From contig CANQFB010000001.1 in assembly GCA_947598205.1 (NCBI GenBank), positions 61,266 to 125,265 of the forward strand: a stretch of DNA of 64,000 bases, in the 5' to 3' direction. This stretch comes from an uncultured Clostridia bacterium. Lineage in GTDB: Bacteria; Bacillota; Clostridia; Christensenellales; Borkfalkiaceae. The position numbers and the translations under genes were made by a program. Positions 37,219 to 47,696 of this stretch are shown in pieces; positions within the stretch are counted from its first letter, which is position 1; the number at the start of each line of letters is the position of its first letter. A model generated the notes under the pieces. It did no database searches and was not told the origin of the DNA. It saw only the letters and a list, made by a program, of their open reading frames with translations.

Positions 37219-37249
37219 ATTATAGCATACGGGGGGGGGTATATGTCAA
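37219..37249 (-). promoter_or_regulatory. promoter with C9 homopolymer in the spacer (minus strand)
   Basis: Minus strand reads TTGACA (37249-37244) TATA-C9-GTATGC TATAAT (37224-37219). Spacer 19 nt. The homopolymer is G9 on the plus strand at 37231-37239. Confidence 0.5.
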
Positions 37250-37382
37250 GAGTTTTTACCAATTTTTCTTGTTCTTTGCCGAAATTCCGCAGATCGCGTC
37301 GGAAAGAAGGAGGCGCGGAATTTCTTTACATCCGAGGCCGCATCTGTTATAATAGGGGAGAAAGCAAACACGGGAGGCGCGT

Positions 37383-38663
37383 ATGGTCATTTCTGCAATC
37401 GCAACGGCGCAGGGGCGGGGCGGCGTCGCCATCGTCCGCATGAGCGGCGAAGGCTCATTGGAGATCGCAAGGAAGATGTTTTCCCGCAAAGGGGAATTTG
37501 TCCCCAATATGATGTATGCGGGGCATATCGACGCGGGAAGTTTTTCCGATTACGGCATGTGCGTCTTTTTCCGCGCGCCGCGCTCGTTCACGGGGGAGGA
37601 TACGGTGGAATTCCACCTGCACGGGGGATATGAGATCGCCCGCGCCGTACTTTCGCGCACCATCGAGCTCGGTGCCCGCCTCGCGGAGCGGGGGGAGTTC
37701 ACCAAGCGAGCCTTCCTTTCGGGCAAGCTCTCCCTCTCGGCGGCGGAGGGCATGGCGGATATGATCAATGCCTCTTCTCTCGCCGAAGTCCGTGCGGGGG
37801 CGCTTCTTCTCGGGGAACGCCTTACGGGCGAAGGCCGCCGTCTGCAATCGCTCATCAAGACGGCGCTCGCGGGCGTGGAGGCAGATGTAGACTTTCCAGA
37901 AGAAGACCTCAATTTCGATTCTCGGAGGCAAACAAGGCATACCATGTCCGAGGTAGAGGCTTCACTTTTATCGCTTTTGAAACAATATACGGCGGGCAGG
38001 AAGATCAAAAACGGCGTGAGCGTCGCCATCTGCGGCGCGCCCAATGCGGGCAAGAGTTCGCTCTTCAACGCCCTCCTCGGCTATGGCCGCGCCATCGTCT
38101 CCGACGTCCCGGGTACCACCCGCGATACGGTGGAGGGGGCGGTGGAGCTCGGCGGCGTCCTCTTCCGCCTCACCGATACGGCGGGCATCCGCGAGAGCGA
38201 AGATCCCATCGAACGCGAGGGGGTCAGGCGGGCGGAGAGGGCCATCGCCTCGGCCGATCTCATCCTCTATCTCAAGGGGGACGACGCCCCCTCCTTCCCC
38301 GAAGGGATCCCCGTCGTCACCGTGGGCGCAAAGTGCGATCTCTCCCGAAAAGAGGGGTGCGACGTCCTCGTCTCCTCCCTTACGGGCGAGGGGCTGGAGG
38401 AGCTCCGCACGCTCATGTATTCCCGCGGGTTCGGGGGCGAGAGCGGCGAGACCTTCCTCCTCGAAGAGCGGCATTTCCGCGCCGCGGAGCGCGCGCTCGG
38501 GGCGGTGCGCACTGCCATCGGGGCGATCGACGGGGGGCTTCCCCCCGAACTCTATGCCGAGGATATGCGCGCGGCCTATATCGCCCTCGGCGAATTTTCG
38601 GGCGAGACGGCCTCGGAAGACGTGATCAGCGAGATCTTTTCCAAATTCTGCGTGGGGAAATGA
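37383..38663 (+). CDS. mnmE: tRNA modification GTPase MnmE
   Basis: AIATAQGRGGVAIVRMSG; G-domain GAPNAGKSSLFNAL and DTAGIRES; C-terminal FCVGK motif. Confidence 0.9.
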   Translation: MVISAIATAQGRGGVAIVRMSGEGSLEIARKMFSRKGEFVPNMMYAGHIDAGSFSDYGMCVFFRAPRSFTGEDTVEFHLHGGYEIARAVLSRTIELGARLAERGEFTKRAFLSGKLSLSAAEGMADMINASSLAEVRAGALLLGERLTGEGRRLQSLIKTALAGVEADVDFPEEDLNFDSRRQTRHTMSEVEASLLSLLKQYTAGRKIKNGVSVAICGAPNAGKSSLFNALLGYGRAIVSDVPGTTRDTVEGAVELGGVLFRLTDTAGIRESEDPIEREGVRRAERAIASADLILYLKGDDAPSFPEGIPVVTVGAKCDLSRKEGCDVLVSSLTGEGLEELRTLMYSRGFGGESGETFLLEERHFRAAERALGAVRTAIGAIDGGLPPELYAEDMRAAYIALGEFSGETASEDVISEIFSKFCVGK

Positions 38664-38672
38664 GCGTTGCGC

Positions 38673-38702
38673 TTGACAAGGCTGTATCGCCTATAGTATA
38701 AT
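38673..38702 (+). promoter_or_regulatory. sigma-A-type promoter for purA
   Basis: TTGACA (38673-38678), 18-nt spacer, TATAAT (38697-38702). Confidence 0.5.
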
Positions 38703-38758
38703 AAAACATAGTTTATAAGAGAATTTATGCAACTTTTCGCGCAGGCGGAAGGAGAGAT

Positions 38759-40033
38759 ATGCTTACATCAGTGTGCGGCGTCAATTGGGGCGACGAAGGA
38801 AAGGGCAAGATCGTCGATCTTCTCTCACAGGAATACGATTATGTCTGCCGTTATCAGGGCGGCAACAATGCAGGGCATACCGTCGTCAACGAACGGGGGA
38901 AGTTCATCCTCAATCTTCTTCCCTCGGGGATCTTGCGGGAGAACGTGGTCAACGTCCTCGGCCCGGGGATGGTCATCGACCTGAAGCACCTCTCGGAGGA
39001 GGTGGCGCGCCTTCGCGAAAAGGGCATCGGGATCACGCCCGAGAACCTGAAGATCAGCGATAAGGCGGTCATCACCATGCCCTACCATGTCCTTCTCGAT
39101 TGCCTCGAAGAGGACCGCCTCGCCGAGAAGAAATTCGGCTCTACCCGCCGCGGGATCGCGCCCGTCTATGCCGATAAATACATGAAGAAGGCCTTCCGCA
39201 TGGGGGAACTTTTCGATGAGGATCGCCTCTTTGCGCGGGTGAAGGACGTCGTCGCATGGAAGAACCTCACCGTCGCGGGCGGCTACGGCCATGCGCCGAT
39301 TACGGCCGAGGAGATCGAAGCATATTTCAAAACATACGGCTTCCCCCTCAAGGACTATATCTGCGATACGGGGGCTTTGCTCGACGGGGCGCACAGGGCG
39401 GGGAAGAAGATCATGTTCGAGGCCCAGCTCGGCGCTCTGCGCGACATCGACTTCGGCATCTACCCCTTCACGTCGAGCTCTTCTACGATCGCGGCCTATG
39501 CGCCCATCGGCGCAGGCGTGCCCCATCTCAAGCTCGATAAGTCCATCGGCGTGATGAAGGCCTATTCCACCTGCGTGGGGGAGGGGCCCTTCACGGCCGA
39601 ATATTTCGGCGAAAAGGCAGAAAAATTGCGTGCGGCCGGCAACGAATACGGCGCGGCGACGGGCAGGCCGCGAAGAGTCGGCCCTTTCGATGCCGTTGCC
39701 TCCGCCTACGGGATCCGCTGCCAAGGGGCGGACGAGGTGGTGCTCACCAAGCTCGACGTTCTCTCCCTTTATGAAGAGATCGAGGTCTGCACGGCATATG
39801 AGCTCGGCGGGAAGCTCCTGCGCGAGTTTCCCTATCCCGATCTTCTCGGCCGCTGTAAGCCCTTCTATGAGAGCGTGAAGGGGTGGCGGGAAGATATATC
39901 GCACTGCCGCAAGCGGGAGGAACTTCCCCGCGCCGCGCTCGATTATATCGCCTATCTCGAAGAGAAATGCGCATGCAAGATCTCCTATGCCGCCGTCGGT
40001 CCCGAGCGCGATGCGATCATCCGATTGAAATAA
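38759..40033 (+). CDS. purA: adenylosuccinate synthase
   Basis: NWGDEGKGKIVD P-loop, GGNNAGHT, 424 aa. Confidence 0.95.
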   Translation: MLTSVCGVNWGDEGKGKIVDLLSQEYDYVCRYQGGNNAGHTVVNERGKFILNLLPSGILRENVVNVLGPGMVIDLKHLSEEVARLREKGIGITPENLKISDKAVITMPYHVLLDCLEEDRLAEKKFGSTRRGIAPVYADKYMKKAFRMGELFDEDRLFARVKDVVAWKNLTVAGGYGHAPITAEEIEAYFKTYGFPLKDYICDTGALLDGAHRAGKKIMFEAQLGALRDIDFGIYPFTSSSSTIAAYAPIGAGVPHLKLDKSIGVMKAYSTCVGEGPFTAEYFGEKAEKLRAAGNEYGAATGRPRRVGPFDAVASAYGIRCQGADEVVLTKLDVLSLYEEIEVCTAYELGGKLLREFPYPDLLGRCKPFYESVKGWREDISHCRKREELPRAALDYIAYLEEKCACKISYAAVGPERDAIIRLK

Positions 40034-40034
40034 C

Positions 40035-40874
40035 ATGACGAGAACATTCTATAAAATGCACGGGATCGGCAACGATTATATCTACTTCGATTGCTTTGAA
40101 GAGGACCTTCCCGATCCCGAACGCCTTGCCGTAAAACTCTCCGACCGCCGCTTTTCCGTCGGCGGCGACGGCATCGTGCTCATCCTCCCGAGCGAAGTCG
40201 CCGATGCGAGGATGCGCATGTTCAACGCCGACGGCAGCGAGGGGAAGATGTGCGGGAACGCCATCCGTTGCGTCGGAAAGTTCCTCTATGAGATCAAAAA
40301 TATCCGCAAAGAGGCGCTCACCGTGGAGACGCTCTCGGGCGTCAAGAAGTTGAAGCTCTCTGTCGTCGGCGGCGTTTGTGAAGCCGTGACCGCAGACATG
40401 GGTATGCCTGAATTTGTCCCCGAGAAGATCCCCGCCCTCTTTGCGGGGGAGAAGATCGTCTCCCGTCCGCTCATCGTGGGAGGGGAAACCTATCGCGTCA
40501 CCGTCCTTTCCATGGGCAATCCGCACTGCGTCGTCTTCGGCGGCGATCCCGAAGGGGTCGCGCTCGAGAAGATCGGCCCGCTCTTTGAACGCCATCCCGC
40601 CTTTCCCGAGCGGGTGAATACCGAGTTCGTGCAGGTTGTAGAAAAAAACATCCTCAAAATGCGCGTATGGGAGCGGGGCAGCGGCGAGACCTGGGCCTGC
40701 GGTACGGGCGCGTGCGCGGCGGCCGTCGCGGGGGTTTTGAACGGATTTTGCGAAACGGGCGCAGACATCGCCGTACGGCTGAAGGGCGGGGAACTCTCCG
40801 TCCGCTATACGGAGGGGGGCGTTTTGATGACGGGGCCCGCCGCATTCGCCTTCCGCGGCGAGATCGAACTTTAA
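40035..40874 (+). CDS. dapF: diaminopimelate epimerase
   Basis: [15 protein letters not shown]; catalytic Cys motifs GNAIRC and ACGTGACA. Confidence 0.9.
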   Translation: MTRTFYKMHGIGNDYIYFDCFEEDLPDPERLAVKLSDRRFSVGGDGIVLILPSEVADARMRMFNADGSEGKMCGNAIRCVGKFLYEIKNIRKEALTVETLSGVKKLKLSVVGGVCEAVTADMGMPEFVPEKIPALFAGEKIVSRPLIVGGETYRVTVLSMGNPHCVVFGGDPEGVALEKIGPLFERHPAFPERVNTEFVQVVEKNILKMRVWERGSGETWACGTGACAAAVAGVLNGFCETGADIAVRLKGGELSVRYTEGGVLMTGPAAFAFRGEIEL

Positions 40875-40899
40875 CACAAGCATATGCAAGAGGTATAGC

Positions 40900-42501
40900 A
40901 TGACGAAATATGTCTTCGTGACGGGCGGCGTCGTATCCGGCCTCGGTAAGGGGATCACGGCCGCCTCGCTCGGGCGGCTTCTCAAGATGCGCGGCTACAA
41001 AGTCGCCTCGCAGAAGCTCGACCCCTATATCAACATCGATCCGGGGACGATGAGCCCCTACCAGCACGGCGAAGTGTTCGTCACCGAAGACGGCGCGGAG
41101 ACCGATCTCGATCTCGGCCACTACGAGCGGTTCATCGACGAAAACCTCAACAAATTTTCCAACCTTACGACGGGGAAGGTCTATTGGAACGTCCTCCGCA
41201 AGGAGCGTGCGGGGGAATACCTCGGCCAGACGGTGCAGGTCATTCCCCATGTCACCAACGAGATCAAGTCCTTCATCTATCAGGTGGGGAAGACGACGGG
41301 CGCCGACATCGTCATCACCGAGATCGGCGGAACGACGGGCGACATCGAGAGCCAGCCCTTCCTCGAGGCCATCCGACAGGTCGCCCGCGAGGTGGGGAGG
41401 GAGAACTGTTGCTTTATCCATGTGACCCTCGTCCCCTACATTTCGGGCTCGTGCGAATTCAAGAGCAAGCCCACCCAGCACTCCGTGAAGGAATTGCAGG
41501 GGATGGGGATCTTTCCCGACATCATCGTTGCCCGCGTCGATGAGCCCATGCCCGAGTCCATCCGCGAGAAGATCGCAATGTTCTGCAACGTCCGCCCCGC
41601 ATGCTGTATCGAGAACCTCACGGTGCCCGTCCTCTATGAGGCGCCCATGATGCTCGAGAAGAGCAACCTCTCCACCCTCGTCTGCCGGATCCTGCATCTC
41701 GACCCCAACGAGATCGATATGAGCGAGTGGGAAGAGATGCTTGCCCGTATCCATGCCCGCAGTAAGACGGTCAAAATCGCCCTTTGCGGCAAATATGTGC
41801 GCTTGCACGACGCCTACCTTTCCGTCGCCGAAGCGCTCGCCCACGGCGGGTACGAGACGGACGCCAAGGTGGAGATCCTCTGGGTAGACAGCGAGAAGAT
41901 CACGGAGGGGAACGCGGAGGAACTTCTCCGCGAAGCCGACGGCATTCTCATTCCCGGGGGCTTCGGCGGCAGGGGCATCGAGGGCAAGATCGTCGCCTGC
42001 AAATATGCCCGCGAACACAACATTCCCTTCCTCGGGCTCTGCCTCGGCATGCACATCGCCGCCATCGAGTTCGCGCGCGACGTCTTGGGCCTTCCCGACG
42101 CCAACTCCTCCGAATTCTTCCCCGAGGGGAAGTGCTCGGTCATCGACCTCATGCCCGACCAATACGGCGTGAAGATGGGGGGCACGATGCGCCTCGGGGC
42201 ATATCCCTGCAAGGTGCTCGGCGGGAAGATGCTCTCCGCCTACGGCGCCGATCTCATCTCCGAACGCCACCGCCACCGCTTCGAGTTCAACAACGAATAC
42301 CGCGCCCGTTTTGAGGAGCACGGCATGATGATCGCGGGCACCTCGCCCGACGGATCGCTCGTCGAGGCGATAGAATATCCCGCAAACGACTTCTTTGTGG
42401 CAGTCCAATTCCATCCCGAATTCAAATCCCGCCCCAACTGCGCGCATCCGCTCTTCCGCGAATTCGTGCGGGCGGCGGTAAAGCGGCATTATCAATCATG
42501 A
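40900..42501 (+). CDS. pyrG: CTP synthase
   Basis: [18 protein letters not shown]-terminus; glutaminase LGLCLGMH; 533 aa. Confidence 0.95.
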   Translation: MTKYVFVTGGVVSGLGKGITAASLGRLLKMRGYKVASQKLDPYINIDPGTMSPYQHGEVFVTEDGAETDLDLGHYERFIDENLNKFSNLTTGKVYWNVLRKERAGEYLGQTVQVIPHVTNEIKSFIYQVGKTTGADIVITEIGGTTGDIESQPFLEAIRQVAREVGRENCCFIHVTLVPYISGSCEFKSKPTQHSVKELQGMGIFPDIIVARVDEPMPESIREKIAMFCNVRPACCIENLTVPVLYEAPMMLEKSNLSTLVCRILHLDPNEIDMSEWEEMLARIHARSKTVKIALCGKYVRLHDAYLSVAEALAHGGYETDAKVEILWVDSEKITEGNAEELLREADGILIPGGFGGRGIEGKIVACKYAREHNIPFLGLCLGMHIAAIEFARDVLGLPDANSSEFFPEGKCSVIDLMPDQYGVKMGGTMRLGAYPCKVLGGKMLSAYGADLISERHRHRFEFNNEYRARFEEHGMMIAGTSPDGSLVEAIEYPANDFFVAVQFHPEFKSRPNCAHPLFREFVRAAVKRHYQS

Positions 42502-43688
42502 AGATCAACGAAAACTTTCTGAACCTTTCCGAGAACTATCTCTTCTCCGCGGTGGGAGCCAAGGCAAGCGCCTTCCAGAGGGAACATCCCGAAAAGAAGG
42601 TCTTAAAGCTCTCCATCGGAGACGTGACCTGCCCGCTCGCGCCCGCCGTCATCGCGGCGATGCACCGCGCGGTGGAAGATCTCGCCCATGCCGAGAGCTT
42701 CAAAGGCTACGGCCCCGACCGCTATTGTTACGGATACGAAAGCCTGCTCGCCTCCATCGCGGGCAGTTATGCGCGGAAGGGCGTCGGTCTCTCCTATCAT
42801 GAGATCTTCGTCTCGGACGGCGCGAAGTCCGACCTCGGGAACTTGCTCGATCTCTTCTCGGCGGATAACACCGTCCTTATCCCCGATCCCGTCTATCCCG
42901 TCTATGTGGATACCAACGTGATGGCGGGGAGGCGTATCCTCTTTGCCGACGCCAACGAGGGCAATAAATTTTTGCCCCTGCCCGATGAGCGCGTCGCGGC
43001 CGACATCATCTACATCTGTTCTCCCAACAACCCGACGGGCGCGGTTTACGACCGTAGCGGCCTCAAGGCGTGGGTGGACTATGCGAGAAGGCAGGGCGCG
43101 ATCATCCTGTTCGACGCCGCATACGAATGCTTCATCTCCGATCGTGCCCTTCCCCGTTCCATCTATGAGATCGAGGGGGCGCGGGAATGTGCCATCGAGG
43201 TCTGTTCCTATTCCAAGACGGCCGGGTTTACGGGCGTCAGGTGCGGGTATACCGTCGTCCCCGAAGAGCTCAAACGGGGCGGAGTTTCTTTGAACCGCCT
43301 CTGGGCGCGGCGGCAGTCCACCAAATTCAACGGCGCGTCTTATATCTCGCAGATGGGGGCGGCGGCCGTCTTCACCGAAGAGGGGGAGCGGGAGATCGCG
43401 GCCAATATCGGGTATTACCGCGGCAACGCGAGGCTCATCTCGCAGTGCCTCAAGGATCTGGACATTTGGTTTACGGGCGGGGAGAATTCCCCCTATGTCT
43501 GGATGAAATGCCCCCGCGGCATGAAGAGCTGGGAATTTTTCGATTATCTTTTGGAGCAAGCAAACGTCGTCGGCACGCCGGGGAGCGGCTTCGGCAGAAA
43601 CGGCGAGGGCTTCTTCCGCCTTACCGCGTTCGGGACGGCAGAAAACACCCTTGAAGCGTGCCAAAGAATGAGGGAGCTTCTGAAATGA
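42498..43688 (+). CDS. dapL: LL-diaminopimelate aminotransferase
   Basis: [17 protein letters not shown]...[11 protein letters not shown]-terminus and [20 protein letters not shown] motifs typical of DapL. Confidence 0.8.
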   Translation: MKINENFLNLSENYLFSAVGAKASAFQREHPEKKVLKLSIGDVTCPLAPAVIAAMHRAVEDLAHAESFKGYGPDRYCYGYESLLASIAGSYARKGVGLSYHEIFVSDGAKSDLGNLLDLFSADNTVLIPDPVYPVYVDTNVMAGRRILFADANEGNKFLPLPDERVAADIIYICSPNNPTGAVYDRSGLKAWVDYARRQGAIILFDAAYECFISDRALPRSIYEIEGARECAIEVCSYSKTAGFTGVRCGYTVVPEELKRGGVSLNRLWARRQSTKFNGASYISQMGAAAVFTEEGEREIAANIGYYRGNARLISQCLKDLDIWFTGGENSPYVWMKCPRGMKSWEFFDYLLEQANVVGTPGSGFGRNGEGFFRLTAFGTAENTLEACQRMRELLK

Positions 43689-45172
43689 CGAGTAAATTGA
43701 AACGCGGCGCGGGGATCCTGTGCCATATCTCGACCCTTCCGGGGAAGTACGGCGTCGGGTCTATCGGCGGCGACGCCTTCCGCTTCGCCAAACTTTTATC
43801 CAAGAGCAAGGTGAAATATTGGCAGGTTTTGCCCATCGCGCAGACGGGGTACGGCGATTCGCCCTATCAGGCAGTATCCTGCGGTTCGGGCAATCCCTAT
43901 TTCATCGACCTCGACCTCCTCGCGAAGGACGGCCTCCTCACCAAGGAGGAACTGCGGACGGCGCGCGCCGCGGAGATCGACTATGCCGCGCTGTATGCCT
44001 CCCGCTATCCGCTCCTCCGCACGGCCTTTTCCCGCTTTAACTTCGACGGGAAGAACTTCCGCGCCTTCGTCAAGAGCGGCGTCGCGGAGGATCATGCGCT
44101 CTTTATGACGGCGAAGGTGGTCTACGGCGGCACCTTTGCCGAGTGGCCCGAGAAGATCAAGCGGCGCGAAGAGGCGGCCTTGGAGGAGATGCGCACGCAG
44201 TACCACGAGGAATATCTCTTCTGGCAATTTTTGCAATATGAGTTCCGCAAACAGTGGATGGCGCTCAAGAAGCATTGCAAGGGCCTCGGCGTCAAGATCA
44301 TCGGCGAGATCCCGCTCCTTTGCGCCTACGACAGCGCCGACGTTTGGGCGCATCCCGAGCTTTTCAAATTGGACGGCGAGATGAAGCCCGCCAAGATCGC
44401 GGGCGTTCCCCCCGATTACTTTTCCGCCACGGGCCAGCGCTGGGGCTATCCCGTCTATGATTGGGCGGCGCATGAGAGGGAAGGCTTCGCATGGTGGAAG
44501 GCGCGCCTTTCAGAAGCGTTCCAGATGTACGATATTGTCCGCATCGGGCACTTTGTGGGGCTCGATAGGTGCTATGAACTTCCCGCCGACGCCGAGACGG
44601 CAGAGGGCGGCGTCTATACCGAGGGGCCGGGGGAGAAGATCTTCGGCGGCCTCAACTATGCGGGCAGGGTGATCGCGGAAGACCTCGGCGCCGCGGGAGA
44701 GGGGGTGAAAGAGCTCCTCAAAAAGACGGGAATTCCGGGTACGAAGGTGCTCCTGTTCGCCTTCGACGGCAGGGAAGACAACGAATTTCTGCCCCATCTC
44801 TATGGGGAAAACTGCGTCTCCTATACGGGCACGCATGATAGCGACACCGTCTCGGGCTTCGTGGGCTCTATGAATGCGGAGGAATATATCCTCTTCCGCT
44901 CCCGCCTCGCGGCGGAACTCGAGGCCTGCAACGTGCGCGTCCGTCTCGGCGATGAGGGGGAGGGCATTCCCGAAGCGTTCATCCGCCTGTCCCTTGCATC
45001 CAAGGCCAACCTTGCGATCATTCCCATTCAGGATCTTCTGCGCCTCGATAGCGAGGCCCGCATGAATCTCCCCGGAACAGCGGAGGGGAATTGGAAGTTC
45101 CGCCTATCACGGCAACCTTCTGCCTTCACCATGGGCAGGTTGAAAAAATTGATAAAAATTTATCGGAGGTAG
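43685..45172 (+). CDS. malQ: 4-alpha-glucanotransferase (GH77)
   Basis: Start set to ATG 43685 ([28 protein letters not shown]), overlapping the dapL stop. Confidence 0.9.
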   Translation: MTSKLKRGAGILCHISTLPGKYGVGSIGGDAFRFAKLLSKSKVKYWQVLPIAQTGYGDSPYQAVSCGSGNPYFIDLDLLAKDGLLTKEELRTARAAEIDYAALYASRYPLLRTAFSRFNFDGKNFRAFVKSGVAEDHALFMTAKVVYGGTFAEWPEKIKRREEAALEEMRTQYHEEYLFWQFLQYEFRKQWMALKKHCKGLGVKIIGEIPLLCAYDSADVWAHPELFKLDGEMKPAKIAGVPPDYFSATGQRWGYPVYDWAAHEREGFAWWKARLSEAFQMYDIVRIGHFVGLDRCYELPADAETAEGGVYTEGPGEKIFGGLNYAGRVIAEDLGAAGEGVKELLKKTGIPGTKVLLFAFDGREDNEFLPHLYGENCVSYTGTHDSDTVSGFVGSMNAEEYILFRSRLAAELEACNVRVRLGDEGEGIPEAFIRLSLASKANLAIIPIQDLLRLDSEARMNLPGTAEGNWKFRLSRQPSAFTMGRLKKLIKIYRR

Positions 45173-45176
45173 TTTT

Positions 45177-45698
45177 ATGGCAAAAGAAAAAAAATCGGGC
45201 TTCTTTAAGGAGTTCAAGGAGTTCATCTCCCGCGGAAACGTCCTCGACATGGCAGTCGGCATCATCGTCGGCGGCGCGTTCACGGCCATCGTCACCGCGA
45301 TCGTGAACGGCATCCTTACGCCTCTCCTTCAGGCGATCGGCGTAGGGCCCGACGGCTTCGGCGCCCTTCAGGTCGTCTTGAGACAGGCGACGGTAGATGC
45401 AAGCGGCGCGGTCACATCGCCCGCAGTCATCCTCGACTTCGGCATCGTCATCTCCGCGATCATCACCTTCCTTCTCACCGCTCTTATCCTCTTCCTCATC
45501 GTGTTTACGATCAACAGGATCCGCAGAAGAGCAGAGGCCTTGAAGGCGAAGAGAGAGGCCGCCAAGGCTGCGGAAGAGCCCGCTCCCGAGCCCGAACCCG
45601 CACCTGCGCCCGCTCCCACGACGGAGGAGCTCCTCGCCGAGATCCGCGACCTTCTGAAGGCGCAACAGGGCGGCGATAAACCCGAACCCAAAGAATAA
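45177..45698 (+). CDS. mscL: large-conductance mechanosensitive channel with extended C-terminus
   Basis: [30 protein letters not shown]. 173 aa, with an Ala/Pro/Glu-rich tail ([14 protein letters not shown]). Confidence 0.9.
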   Translation: MAKEKKSGFFKEFKEFISRGNVLDMAVGIIVGGAFTAIVTAIVNGILTPLLQAIGVGPDGFGALQVVLRQATVDASGAVTSPAVILDFGIVISAIITFLLTALILFLIVFTINRIRRRAEALKAKREAAKAAEEPAPEPEPAPAPAPTTEELLAEIRDLLKAQQGGDKPEPKE

Positions 45699-45800
45699 TA
45701 GAAATGCAAAAGGCGGACGCTCCCGCGTCCGCCTTTCCGCATGCCTTTTGCATGCAAAGATCGTTTTTTCCGTAAGCGGCTTGTTTCAAAGCCGCCTTTC

Positions 45801-46292
45801 TCATGTTTTAGGAGGGCTTTCCCCGCCTTTCGCAAGAGGAAGATAGCAATTCTTTCTCCTGTCGATGGGGTCGTAGGCGTTGCGGAAGGTCTCATCCCTG
45901 TGCTCCTTGAGTTCGCGGCAGAACTTTTTAAGGTCGTCGTCGTTCCATGAGCGGAAGTCAAAGGTGCGGATCTCCGTCACGCCGAAGCAATATCCGATCT
46001 CAAACGTCACTGCAAACTTTGGCTTGGGAATGCCCGTCTCCGTCTTTGGATAGCGGCGAAGGAAGAAATGCTCCGTCTGCGTCTCATACCGTTTGGCCTT
46101 GGCTTCGTCAAAGGTGACCCGCAAGATCTTGGGAGATTCTTCCGCGACAATGCCGTAGGGAAGGATGGAATAGAGCTTCCCGTAGCGGCAGTAGGAGATG
46201 ATCATGTCTTGCAAATTGTTGATGCGGTTATAGAAATGCTGATAGTCCTCCTTGAGAGGACCGCCATTTCTGTCGAATTCGTAAGTCGTCAT
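45801..46292 (-). CDS. hypothetical protein downstream of XRE regulator
   Basis: 163-aa ORF in a lower-GC islet. No motif I recognise. 103 nt downstream of the XRE gene on the same strand. Confidence 0.6.
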   Translation of the reverse strand: MTTYEFDRNGGPLKEDYQHFYNRINNLQDMIISYCRYGKLYSILPYGIVAEESPKILRVTFDEAKAKRYETQTEHFFLRRYPKTETGIPKPKFAVTFEIGYCFGVTEIRTFDFRSWNDDDLKKFCRELKEHRDETFRNAYDPIDRRKNCYLPLAKGGESPPKT

Positions 46293-46395
46293 CGTCGATC
46301 GTCATCAGTGAAACAGTGGTGGAAGGGATGCTTTGCGAAATGTCCCTGCAAGTTCCGCCCGCAAAAAGAGGGGAGAAGGCAGGGGACGCGGAGTT

Positions 46396-46605
46396 TTATC
46401 CCTTGTCGTCGAGCAAATCGTTTACGGTAACGCCGAAATATCGGGCGATCATCAAGAGGGTATCTAAATCGGGTTCTCTGCTCCCCGCCTCCCAGAAGCT
46501 GACCGTCTGATTGCAGACGTGCAACGTCTCTCCCAAAACACGTTGCGAGAGACCCCGTTCCGTACGCAGTTCCTTCAATTTTTTTCCGAAAATATTTCCC
46601 TTCAC
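46396..46605 (-). CDS. XRE-family HTH transcriptional regulator
   Basis: 69 aa. FGKKLKELRTERGLSQRVLGETLHVCNQTVSFWEAG is a classic Cro/C1-type HTH. Confidence 0.9.
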   Translation of the reverse strand: MKGNIFGKKLKELRTERGLSQRVLGETLHVCNQTVSFWEAGSREPDLDTLLMIARYFGVTVNDLLDDKG

Positions 46606-46617
46606 ACCAATACTTTA

Positions 46618-46659
46618 CTACATATTGTAGGAAACGGCCACTTTTCCTACATTCTGTAG
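46618..46659. promoter_or_regulatory. paired palindromic operator candidates upstream of the XRE gene
   Basis: CTACATATTGTAG (46618-46630) and CTACATTCTGTAG (46647-46659), 29 bp centre to centre, 13-54 bp upstream of the XRE start. Confidence 0.5.
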
Positions 46660-46865
46660 AATTTTTTTCGCGCGCCAAGCAGGGCGCAAGTTGAACGCAA
46701 GTTTCCCATTTTCATATAAAAAGCGGGAACGAACCCTCCCGCCGCATATCGCACCGCTCGTCAAGCAAGCTCATGCCTAAATGCCAAATGGTTTTCTGCC
46801 CGCTTGTTATTTCTGTGCGGCTGTGATATAATTGGAACGATAGAGGATATTTTCGCGGAGGAAGT

Positions 46866-47183
46866 ATGCCGTCAAGCAAGGAATATTTGAATTTCATTTT
46901 AGAGCAACTTTCGGGCTTAAAGGACATAACCTGCAAGCCGATGATGGGTGACTTTCTGATTTACTATCGCGGAAAACTTGTCGGCGGTATCTACGACGAT
47001 AGATTTCTCGTAAAACCTGTGAGATCCGCTCTATCCTATTTGCCCCAAGCGGAGTATTCCTTGCCGTATGACGGCGCAAAGGAAATGCTCAATGTGGATA
47101 ATGTGGACGATAAGGTTTTTTTGACAGGACTATTTGAGGCAATGTACGACGATCTGCCGATGCCGAAGATGAAAAAGAGGTAA
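46866..47183 (+). CDS. TfoX N-terminal domain protein
   Basis: 105 aa. YLNFILEQLSGLKDITCKPMMGDFLIYYRGKLVGGIYDDRFLVK matches the TfoX/Sxy N-domain pattern. Confidence 0.75.
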   Translation: MPSSKEYLNFILEQLSGLKDITCKPMMGDFLIYYRGKLVGGIYDDRFLVKPVRSALSYLPQAEYSLPYDGAKEMLNVDNVDDKVFLTGLFEAMYDDLPMPKMKKR

Positions 47184-47241
47184 ATTTCAATTTATCGAAA
47201 TATAAAAGACGAGGGCGGGTTTGCCCTCGCTTTTTGCAAAT

Positions 47242-47301
47242 AAAAATGGGACGTAAGTTATGTTCAACTTACGTCCCACTTGGCGCAGAGCGAGGGATTT
47301 G
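47242..47301 (-). repeat. ghost unit A: terminator hairpin plus 21-nt copy of tRNA-Ser 3' end
   Basis: tggcgcagagcgagggatttg (47281-47301) is identical to 47697-47717 of the intact tRNA. It is preceded by hairpin tgggacgtaagtt...aacttacgtccca. Confidence 0.75.
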
Positions 47302-47456
47302 CGCCTTTGACGCAATCGCCTCGTACGGCGGTAGCGCCCGCCGTACCCGCCTCGCTACCGGCTCGGCTGTCGCATTGCACCTCACAGCCCGCTGGGCTGT
47401 TGGGTAGAAATGCAATGCTCCACCTTCAAATCCCCGTCTGTATCCGTTTTCCATAT

Positions 47457-47512
47457 AAAAATGAGACGGACAAAAGTCCGTCTCATTTTTATGGCGCAGA
47501 GCGAGGGATTTG
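47457..47512 (-). repeat. ghost unit B: terminator hairpin plus 21-nt copy of tRNA-Ser 3' end
   Basis: tggcgcagagcgagggatttg (47492-47512) is identical to the tRNA 3' end. It is preceded by hairpin atgagacgga...tccgtctcat flanked by A/T runs. Units A and B also share the next 7 nt (cgccttt). Confidence 0.75.
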
Positions 47513-47661
47513 CGCCTTTAGCGGCGCGCCCCGGTGAACAGCACACTGTGCTGTTCAGTTTGCGGCAAATTTCTTCTGTATTCCAACTATTCGCCCGCAA
47601 ACCGATTGCTCCCGCAATCGCCTCCCACCTTCAAATCCCTCGCTAAATTTCATTACCACAT

Positions 47662-47695
47662 AAAAACAGGACGGATAAAAAACCGTCCTGTTTTT
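47662..47695 (-). terminator. rho-independent terminator of tRNA-Ser
   Basis: caggacgg/ccgtcctg stem flanked by A5/T5 runs, immediately 3' of the tRNA on the minus strand. Confidence 0.65.
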
Positions 47696-47696
47696 A

